Origin: Saprospiraceae bacterium
GTDB taxonomy: Bacteria; Bacteroidota; Bacteroidia; Chitinophagales; Saprospiraceae
Assembly (NCBI GenBank): GCA_965277415.1
Contig: CBDICS010000033.1
Coordinates: 628 to 64,627, forward strand
Direction of reading: 5' to 3'
DNA: 64,000 bases
Part shown: positions 56,804 to 64,000 of the stretch, one piece after another
How positions within the stretch are numbered: the stretch's first letter is position 1
Layout of the letters: the number at the start of each line of letters is the position of its first letter
Notes under the pieces: model-generated
Databases searched by the model: none
What the model saw: only the letters and a program-made list of their open reading frames with translations
What the model was told of the DNA's origin: nothing
Program-made: the position numbers and the translations under genes

Positions 56804-58048
56804 TTAAAATCGATGCGGATCGAATAAACGGATATCTGTAGAAACTTCTTTGTTTGTAATGATTTCAGCAATCACTTTTCCTGTGGCTGGTCCTAGACTT
56901 AATCCCATCATTGCATGTCCTGTTGAAATAATTAAGTTTTCAAACTTTCTTGATTTACCGATATAGGGTAAGCCATCTGGCGAGCAAGGGCGAAAGCCAT
57001 GCCAGATCAGGTGCTCTTCTGGAATAGAGGGTTTTAGTTTTGGATAATAATTGGGTACAGATTCCAATATCCCTTTCATCCTCTTTTTATTGATCCGAGT
57101 GGAAAGGTTACTGATTTCAAGTGTACCGCCAATTCTAAGATCATTCCCCATTGGTGTCATGGCTACTTTAGCTTCTGTAAGTATGCTAGGAATTTTGGGT
57201 CTTTCCTTTTGGTTTTGGATGGTGATTGAATATCCTTTGCCATCCTGTAGCAACATTTTTATGCCTATAAATTTTAAAATCTTAGGTGTCCATGATCCAC
57301 CAGCGATGATTAATTGATCCACCTTAATCAATTCACCAGTCGATGTTTTGACCGCATTGATTTTTTTATTTTCATAATCAAAACCGATCACCTCAGTATT
57401 ACCACGAAATTGAACACCTCGATGCTTCAGGTAATTGATCATTTGCTTCATCAGCACATTAGGATATAAATGCGCGTCGCCGGGATAGAAAACACCGCCG
57501 ATCACATTTGTTTCCGTACCACTTTCATAATGCTTTACTTCATCAGCATCAAGGACTTTAGCTTCAATACCTATCTCATTTGCTTTTTCAGCCGTTTCTA
57601 TTTCTTCTTTTTGGGTTTTGATATTTTTAAAAAGCATGATCAAACCCTCTTCTTGATAATTAAATTCCAAGGCTGGATCAAGGGCTAATTCTTGATATAA
57701 TTTTTTACTGAGAAGACTTAAATCCCTTAGTGCGGGAATAGCAGCCTCGACTTTAGCTTTATTACAGGAACGATAGAATTGCCATAACCATTGACCTAAC
57801 TCTAGATTCAGCCTAGGTTTGATATAGAAAGGACTTTTAGAACTGAACATCCAACGAATCCCTTTTGTAATCACACCCGGTGTCGCCATCGGAATAAAAT
57901 GACTTGGAACAATCATCCCTGCATTTCCAAAAGAACATCCTTCTGAAAAATTAGACTTATCTATAAGTTCCACTTCTACCCCCGCTTTATTTAGATAATA
58001 GGCAGAACAAAGTCCAATGATACCCCCACCGATAATAGTTGTTTTCAT
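56804..58048 (-). CDS. FAD-dependent oxidoreductase (D-amino-acid / D-hydroxyproline dehydrogenase-like)
   Basis: 414 aa with dinucleotide fold IIGGGIIGL. Lies 8 nt downstream of the epimerase gene. Confidence 0.8.
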   Translation of the reverse strand: MKTTIIGGGIIGLCSAYYLNKAGVEVELIDKSNFSEGCSFGNAGMIVPSHFIPMATPGVITKGIRWMFSSKSPFYIKPRLNLELGQWLWQFYRSCNKAKVEAAIPALRDLSLLSKKLYQELALDPALEFNYQEEGLIMLFKNIKTQKEEIETAEKANEIGIEAKVLDADEVKHYESGTETNVIGGVFYPGDAHLYPNVLMKQMINYLKHRGVQFRGNTEVIGFDYENKKINAVKTSTGELIKVDQLIIAGGSWTPKILKFIGIKMLLQDGKGYSITIQNQKERPKIPSILTEAKVAMTPMGNDLRIGGTLEISNLSTRINKKRMKGILESVPNYYPKLKPSIPEEHLIWHGFRPCSPDGLPYIGKSRKFENLIISTGHAMMGLSLGPATGKVIAEIITNKEVSTDIRLFDPHRF

Positions 58049-58056
58049 TATGATCT

Positions 58057-59055
58057 TTATTTTACTAAAAACCCAAAAGCATAAGGATCATCATCGTCAA
58101 TAATAATGGTATTATATCCAGTGATTTTAGCCCAACCTTCAATACTTGGAATAATCGCATCGTAAGTTCCACATTTAGTAATTGCCTCTACTCTTCCTAT
58201 AAACTGACTGCCTATGATACTTTCGTGAATAAAGGTATCTCCCTCTTTTAGTTTCCCTTTAGCCGTCCATTGCGCCATTCTAGCAGAAGTACCTGTACCA
58301 CAAGGAGAGCGATCAATTGCTTTGTCACCATAAAAAACAGCATTTCGTGCATCTGCCTCGGGAGAAATCGTTGCCCCAGTCCAAAGTAAATGGCTTAAAC
58401 CTTTTATATTTTCATTTTCAGGATGTACGAAAGTATATAAATCATTCAGTCGATCTCTTAGTATCGGACTCCATCTTATCAAATCACCAGCCGTATAGTC
58501 TTCCAATCCGGAAAAATTAGTTTGCGGATCAACAATAGCATAAAAGTTTCCACCATAAGCTACATCGACATTTAAAATGCCCAGATCTGGGCATTCCACT
58601 TCTAGGTTCTCGCTATGAAGAAAAGAAGCAATATTTGTTAGCTTGACCGATTTTACTTTTTGTTTTTCTAACTGATACTCTATTGCTACTAAGCCTGCGG
58701 GTGTTTCAAGTCGTAATTTTCCTGGAGTTTTAGGACTTACCAAGCCTTCTTCTAAAGCAATCGTTACTGTTCCAATTGTTCCATGTCCACACATTGGAAG
58801 GCATCCACTAGTTTCTATAAACAAAACGCCAATATCATTTTCTGAGTCATGAGGAGGATACAAAATACTTCCAGACATCATGTCATGCCCTCGGGGTTCA
58901 AACATTAATCCTTTACGAATCCAATCAAATTCTTTTAAAAAATGAAGGCGCTTTTCCATCATATTTGTTCCTTCCAATATTGGGCCTCCTCCAGCGACCA
59001 GCCGAACAGGATTTCCACAAGTATGTGCATCTACGCAGAAGAATGTTTTTTTCAT
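58057..59055 (-). CDS. proline racemase family, 4-hydroxyproline 2-epimerase-type (Cys/Cys)
   Basis: 332 aa. Both catalytic positions are Cys: PMCGHGTIG and DRSPCGTGTSA. Confidence 0.85.
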   Translation of the reverse strand: MKKTFFCVDAHTCGNPVRLVAGGGPILEGTNMMEKRLHFLKEFDWIRKGLMFEPRGHDMMSGSILYPPHDSENDIGVLFIETSGCLPMCGHGTIGTVTIALEEGLVSPKTPGKLRLETPAGLVAIEYQLEKQKVKSVKLTNIASFLHSENLEVECPDLGILNVDVAYGGNFYAIVDPQTNFSGLEDYTAGDLIRWSPILRDRLNDLYTFVHPENENIKGLSHLLWTGATISPEADARNAVFYGDKAIDRSPCGTGTSARMAQWTAKGKLKEGDTFIHESIIGSQFIGRVEAITKCGTYDAIIPSIEGWAKITGYNTIIIDDDDPYAFGFLVK

Positions 59056-59260
59056 ATTCTGTATTTAGAGTCTGTTTAAATACCGGTCTTATTGAGGAAA
59101 TATAAACAACACACAATATCTTTTATATCAAATAAAAATACTTCAATTTTCTGAGCAAATAGTGATATTATTTTAGCTATTCTAGAAAAAATGAAAACAT
59201 TCTAAAGTATTCAATACAATCTCATTTTAGTCAATTGTTTCTCGAAATAGCATCCATCAT

Positions 59261-59286
59261 TGAACAACTTTAACATAATATCGTAA
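59261..59286 (+). promoter_or_regulatory. possible ECF-type promoter (TGAAC-N16-CGTAA)
   Basis: TGAAC at 59261-65, 16-nt spacer, CGTAA at 59282-86. Lies 78 nt upstream of the sigma gene ATG. Confidence 0.3.
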
Positions 59287-59363
59287 TTTTAATATAAGAC
59301 AAATGGCTTTTTTATTAGACTAAGTAATTTTACCAGGCAACCATTTCGATCATTTATGCACCA

Positions 59364-59939
59364 ATGAGTAAGGAAAACTTTAAAGGAAATTTGCCACTAT
59401 TGGAAAAAAACCTGTTAGACGGCTGCTTGAAAGGTGATCAAACCTGTCAAAAAACTTTGTACGATACGTACAAGGTTATGCTATTTAGGGTATGTCTGAG
59501 GTATGCTAAAGATCGACAAGAGGCAGAAGATATGTTGCAAGACGGTTTTATAAAGATATATAGTGACTTGCATCAATTTAGTTTTCAAGGACCATTAGGC
59601 GCTTGGATGAGACGAGTAGTAGTCAATGTTGCATTACAGCATATTCGAAAGAACAAAAAATTTCAACACTCCGTGGAATTAGAGCATATTTCGAATGTGT
59701 ATCAAACCAATGAGGTTGCCACGTCAAATCTAAATGCACAGGCATTAACAAAATTAATCCAAAAATTGCCGCTTGGGTATCGAACTGTTTTTAATTTATA
59801 TGTAATCGAAGGTTATTCACATAAAGAGATTGCGGACATGTTAGAAATTAATGTGAATACTTCTAAATCACAATTATCAAAAGCCAAAGCAAACCTGCGG
59901 AATATTCTCCAAAAACAAGAAGTGGGTAATGAAAAATGA
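59364..59939 (+). CDS. ECF-type RNA polymerase sigma-70 family factor
   Basis: 191 aa. Region 2 (EAEDMLQDGFIKIY) and region 4 HTH (GYSHKEIADMLEINVNTSKSQLSKAK). Confidence 0.9.
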   Translation: MSKENFKGNLPLLEKNLLDGCLKGDQTCQKTLYDTYKVMLFRVCLRYAKDRQEAEDMLQDGFIKIYSDLHQFSFQGPLGAWMRRVVVNVALQHIRKNKKFQHSVELEHISNVYQTNEVATSNLNAQALTKLIQKLPLGYRTVFNLYVIEGYSHKEIADMLEINVNTSKSQLSKAKANLRNILQKQEVGNEK

Positions 59940-59972
59940 GCGATTAATAAAAGACATTTTTAAATAAAATCT

Positions 59973-61700
59973 ATGGGCGAAGATTTACATAAAGATAATT
60001 TAGAAGATTTTTTCAAAGATTCTTTTGAGGAGCAATCTGATTCTCCTTCTCCAGATGGTTGGGATATTCCATCAGATCAAGTTTGGGATAAGATAAATAC
60101 GTCTATCAATAGCGATGACAGCAATAATGAAAGACTTGGATTCTGGAGATATCTAAACAGAGGACTTATTTTAGTATTCTTATTAATTATTGGGACAGGG
60201 CTTATTTCGTATTTTGCTTATAATCAAAAAGACGTAACTGATTATAATGCTAAGCCTACTGAAGATCGGGTTTTAAATAATAAGCATGAGGAAAATAATA
60301 CTATACTTTCTGTTCAAGAACAGGATAATTCAAAGCAACAATTCTCAGATTTATCAACAGAAACACAATCCGATAATAAAAAAACAACTTTAGAGAAAGG
60401 AAACAATCATACTGAACTTAATAATGCATCTCCTAAGATCAATAAAGTAAAGCATCCAAATTCAAATAATCCTAGTTTAAGTAATTCAAAACTTCCACAA
60501 ACTTCAGATGACAAGAAAGATAGAACTCCTCCCTCTTTAAACGAGCAAAACAGTTCAGGTAATAATAATTCTAAAAAAATAAAAGAGCTTAGGACACCTA
60601 ATGACAGCAACACTCCAGAAGTCACGCTCCCTATTTCTTCAAGCAAGCCAAAAGATATTGCTATCCTTACAGAAAACGATTCACCTAATTCTAGCAATGT
60701 TTCTTCTGAAGATAAAGGTAAAGGCTTGACTTCTTCGAGTGATGTTCATTCGATGACCTCTACATCCTTGAATGATATTGAACTACTTAAGCCAATCTCA
60801 ATCAAACAATCAATAGCTAAAGTTCATAGTGCAAGTCCAGATACAATGACCTTATCCCAATTACCATTTTTTGATTTGAAACAAGGTCAAAAAAATCCCC
60901 CCTTAGAAAAGGCTAAAGGTTTTTACGCGGGGATTTCTCTTGCGCCTATATATACGTCCCGAAAAATAAATATCCATGGGAATCCTGTTATTCCAAGAGT
61001 TCTAAATCAAGCTGAAGAAGGTAAACTATCTTTTTCAACTGGTCTAAATTTCGGTTATAAAATTTCAAATAATTGGTCAATCGAATCTGGCTTTAGTTAT
61101 TCTAAATTTGTACTTCAACACAATAGAAGAAAACAGGTTCGATACACCTCAATCGGTGAGCAGGAAGTTACGCCCGGAAGATTTCAAGGAACTTATGACT
61201 TTAACTTTAGTACTTCCAGTGGAGACATTGATACTGACATTGCGCTAACAAGAGAAGCAGGAACGGCAATTCCAGAAAACGATTTTATCAACCTCATGCT
61301 AACTGCTAATCAAAATATTAAGTATGGAAGTATTCCAATTATTGCCAGATATCAATTTGGGAAAGGGAAATTTCAATATGGATTGAAGGCTGGTATAGTA
61401 AATCGATTTGTATTAGATGGTACTTTCCAGATTGAAAATGTAAGCGTCCTTCGTTCTGATATCAGCTTAGTTTTGACTGATCGTATTTATAAACCTCGGC
61501 CAATTAAAAACATTGAAAAATATCATTTAGACTTTCTTGTTGGAGCTGGACTCAGTTATAAACTTAATCAGCATACATGGTTTTATATTGAGCCTACTTT
61601 TACACATGGTATCAATTCTTTTCCACTGTTTGAAACTCCAAATTTTAAAACTTTATTGGTTACTACTTCTATTGATTTTGGATTTAATTATTTGTTTTGA
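59973..61700 (+). CDS. sigma-linked membrane protein: short cytoplasmic N-terminus, one TM helix, S/N/K/P-rich linker, C-terminal outer-membrane beta-barrel-like domain
   Basis: 575 aa. TM helix GLILVFLLIIGTGLISYFAY, about 220 aa of low complexity, and a C-terminus ending FGFNYLF (OMP-like terminal Phe). The position after an ECF sigma suggests an anti-sigma role. Confidence 0.55.
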   Translation: MGEDLHKDNLEDFFKDSFEEQSDSPSPDGWDIPSDQVWDKINTSINSDDSNNERLGFWRYLNRGLILVFLLIIGTGLISYFAYNQKDVTDYNAKPTEDRVLNNKHEENNTILSVQEQDNSKQQFSDLSTETQSDNKKTTLEKGNNHTELNNASPKINKVKHPNSNNPSLSNSKLPQTSDDKKDRTPPSLNEQNSSGNNNSKKIKELRTPNDSNTPEVTLPISSSKPKDIAILTENDSPNSSNVSSEDKGKGLTSSSDVHSMTSTSLNDIELLKPISIKQSIAKVHSASPDTMTLSQLPFFDLKQGQKNPPLEKAKGFYAGISLAPIYTSRKINIHGNPVIPRVLNQAEEGKLSFSTGLNFGYKISNNWSIESGFSYSKFVLQHNRRKQVRYTSIGEQEVTPGRFQGTYDFNFSTSSGDIDTDIALTREAGTAIPENDFINLMLTANQNIKYGSIPIIARYQFGKGKFQYGLKAGIVNRFVLDGTFQIENVSVLRSDISLVLTDRIYKPRPIKNIEKYHLDFLVGAGLSYKLNQHTWFYIEPTFTHGINSFPLFETPNFKTLLVTTSIDFGFNYLF

Positions 61701-61723
61701 TTTCTATGTAGAAATCTAGTTCT

Positions 61724-61792
61724 AAACGAAATCATTTGGTGGAGGTTTACTAAACTAACTAGGGCTAAATAGCTCAATTAGTTTAGTAAACC
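61724..61792 (+). repeat. long-hairpin intergenic repeat, copy B (likely also the terminator of 59973..61700)
   Basis: aaacgaaatcatttggtggaGGTTTACTAAACT...AGTTTAGTAAACC followed by atttatttttt. Confidence 0.8.
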
Positions 61793-62021
61793 ATTTATTT
61801 TTTACAAAAAAATCTGAACCTCAGGCAACCTTTATTCAAATTATTACACCAGAATAGTGAGACTCGAAGACCAAACCCCTAAGATACTTTTAAGGGCCAT
61901 TATTTAATCCTTGTCCCTGAAAAACAAGTGTCTTTAAGTATAGCTATACATTTCTAAACCATATTATCTACAGTCTTTAATTTTATTATAAAGGCAATTA
62001 AATTGTTTAAAAATCAAAGAA

Positions 62022-62750
62022 ATGAAAAATTTAGTATTTGTTTTAACAGCCATTTTCACTATCGGATTTTTATCTTCTTGCAATAAAGGGGATAATGATA
62101 TTGCTTCTACAGAAATCTTAATCGAAGAGATTACTACCTCTTCAGACAAAGTAAATATTGCTCCACAAGATCTACCCTCTACGACTAAACTATTTATAGA
62201 CGAAGAACATTTTGAGACTTATATCGAAACGGTATCTTATATAGATGGTAAAGGTTACGAAGTTACATTAGGTACAGAAGATGTCGAGTATTTTAATGAT
62301 AATGGCGAAGTATTGAGAACTCGTTCACATCCCAATAGATGTCATAGACCTGGTCCTTGTGGAGGTGGAGAGCGAATTAGAATTGCTGACCTTCCTGCTG
62401 GTATTGTTGCTTATATCTTAAACAACTACCCTGACGAAGAAATTAAAAGAGCAAAAATTAAAGGGGATTATTATTTAGTAGGCATTACAGGGCCAACAAT
62501 TCTTGTTTTCCAACTTGATAATACCTTTGTTTCGGAAGCACCTCTATTTCGTTTTTGTAATGCTCAGCGACTTAATATTGATAACCTTCCAGATAGCATA
62601 ATAGACTACATCAATGATAACTGTCCTGATGGAGAAATCAAAGCAGCTTTCAAAATACGAGGAAAAATTGTTGTCGGAATATTAACACCAAATGGTCGAA
62701 AAGTATTTGTATTCAATTTGGATGGTGAGTTTTTATTCGAGCGACCATAG
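62022..62750 (+). CDS. lipoprotein with three PepSY-like (DUF2874-type) repeats
   Basis: 242 aa with lipobox FLSSC. Repeated DLP..I..YI....P..EIK...K motif three times. Confidence 0.6.
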   Translation: MKNLVFVLTAIFTIGFLSSCNKGDNDIASTEILIEEITTSSDKVNIAPQDLPSTTKLFIDEEHFETYIETVSYIDGKGYEVTLGTEDVEYFNDNGEVLRTRSHPNRCHRPGPCGGGERIRIADLPAGIVAYILNNYPDEEIKRAKIKGDYYLVGITGPTILVFQLDNTFVSEAPLFRFCNAQRLNIDNLPDSIIDYINDNCPDGEIKAAFKIRGKIVVGILTPNGRKVFVFNLDGEFLFERP

Positions 62751-62814
62751 AGAGGTTTAATTCCTCCACAATCATGTTTCATAGCTTTATTAATATATAA
62801 CAGGTTGATAAGTC

Positions 62815-62848
62815 AAAGGAGGTCATATGATCTCCTTTACTTTTTTTG
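62815..62848 (+). terminator. rho-independent terminator of the PepSY-like gene, overlapping the stop of the convergent gene
   Basis: AAAGGAGGTCA-ta-TGATCTCCTTT followed by acTTTTTTT. Confidence 0.6.
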
Positions 62849-63787
62849 AATTTGTTCAAAAAGATAATTTGCAGTAGCTAAATCTTCCAAAGCATGGCCC
62901 ACAGATTTAAAAAGTGTGATTTCATCATTTCCTTTTCGTAGGAATGTTCTTGTACCTTTACAGATTTTAAAAAGATCCGCTTCTATATTATCTTTTTTTA
63001 AAACACCCGTTTGAATAGGAATTAGAATATCCCCTGTCTCCTTGCAAGCGCCTTCTAAATTATCGACATAAATTGTACTGCGCTTGATCACTTCATCATC
63101 TGCTTCACGAAGTGTAGGTAAATAAGAACCAACAAGGTCAATATGCTGACCGGCTTGTAAATACATTCCTTTTATCAATGGTGTCTCACTCATTGTAGCC
63201 GCAGAAATAATATCTGCATTCCTAATTCCTATTTCTATATCTTGGACTGGTTCTACATCAAATGGATGTTCATTAAAATAAGCGGAAAGGTTTTTCGCTT
63301 TTTCAAAATTACGCCCCCATATCTGTACTTTTTTTATTGGTCGAACTGAAGCATGAGCTTCGATAAGATGGGGGGCTAAATAACCTGTACCAATCATCAA
63401 CAAATTTTCACTGTCCTCTCTTGAAAGATACTGACTTGCTAGTGCAGAAGCAGCAGCGGTACGTTTAACGGTCAAAAGTCTTGCATCACATTGCATCACT
63501 GGAATTCCAGTTTTTAGTTCAAATAAAATATAAAGACCTTGAATCGTTGGCAAACCTTTTTGATCATTCTCTGGAGAAATTGTAACGAGTTTGACGCCAA
63601 GATACTGCTCATTATCCCAAGATGGCATTAACAGTAATGTAGATAGTTTTTCCGCAATTGGATTTTGAAAATTATGATGATGCCGAAGTGGTGTCGTATA
63701 GTTTGCTCCAAAAGCTTTTTTCAAAACTTCAACCAAATGTTGATAATCAATAAGATTGCTTAACTGCTGATCAGTAAGTTGGAGCAT
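62837..63787 (-). CDS. ornithine cyclodeaminase / mu-crystallin family protein (candidate pyrroline-2-carboxylate reductase)
   Basis: 316 aa with a family-typical Rossmann region LLMIGTGYLAPHLIEAH. Confidence 0.8.
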   Translation of the reverse strand: MLQLTDQQLSNLIDYQHLVEVLKKAFGANYTTPLRHHHNFQNPIAEKLSTLLLMPSWDNEQYLGVKLVTISPENDQKGLPTIQGLYILFELKTGIPVMQCDARLLTVKRTAAASALASQYLSREDSENLLMIGTGYLAPHLIEAHASVRPIKKVQIWGRNFEKAKNLSAYFNEHPFDVEPVQDIEIGIRNADIISAATMSETPLIKGMYLQAGQHIDLVGSYLPTLREADDEVIKRSTIYVDNLEGACKETGDILIPIQTGVLKKDNIEADLFKICKGTRTFLRKGNDEITLFKSVGHALEDLATANYLFEQIQKK

Positions 63788-63814
63788 AGTGTAAATTGAT
63801 TCAATTTCAAAGGC

Positions 63815-64000
<186 letters not shown>

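Noticed and set aside
2275-63000. The many 60-98-aa ORFs in the track that lie antisense or out of frame inside large genes. Examples: 2275..2481, 3528..3764, 5434..5664, 6959..7237, 12817..13062, 19027..19215, 24665..24880, 35183..35392, 46124..47854 (several), 53174..54857 (several), 57051..57688 and 60407..60697.
   Set aside because: Each is embedded in a longer ORF with clear family motifs. Their translations are low-complexity or hydrophobic in the way expected from the antisense of AT-rich coding DNA.

Overview
64-kb stretch of an AT-rich chromosome (mid-30s % GC by eye, not computed). I assign it to Bacteroidota because of T9SS type-A C-terminal sorting domains, several predicted A|Q signal-peptide cleavage sites, TAnnTTTG-type -7 boxes, and Bacteroidota-typical conserved hypotheticals. 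I support about 50 protein genes and one tRNA-Val(UAC). I recognised no rRNA, CRISPR, transposase, integrase or phage genes. Most of the window is housekeeping: gpmI, cysS, mutL followed by two rhomboids and an EEP protein, purF, msrA, rsgA, recO, PBP1A, an Lnt-type N-acyltransferase, a fused E1 alpha/beta dehydrogenase, aldehyde dehydrogenases, M3/M28/M42/M24 peptidases, a PcrB/GGGP synthase, an AsmA-like protein, and a pair of DUF3857/transglutaminase-like paralogues. The right end carries a hydroxyproline-catabolism gene set that is split by an ECF sigma module. The one clearly accessory block is 42.6-52.2 kb. It contains a ~1-kb non-coding gap with a 43-codon micro-ORF that has a double-glycine-type leader (...SIKGG|TDTVTVSTDYIITGDTDIF). 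A 500-aa all-helical TPR-like orphan is transcribed divergently from it across a promoter region full of GTGATT/AATCAC hexamers. Next comes a locally GC-rich, hairpin-dense 500-nt leader. The block ends with a translationally coupled (ATGA overlap) pair of T9SS cargo proteins: a 1659-aa S8 protease/Ig-like/beta-helix/helical protein and a 510-aa beta-propeller-like protein. As a hypothesis only, I propose this block is a peptide / helical-repeat receptor / secreted-protease module. It would be analogous in logic, not in sequence, to RRNPP systems of Firmicutes. Two families of short interspersed intergenic repeats are also present: a GTGAT-unit family at three loci and a long-hairpin family at two loci. 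All family calls rest on motifs read by eye and on memory of families. No searches or folding calculations were run.
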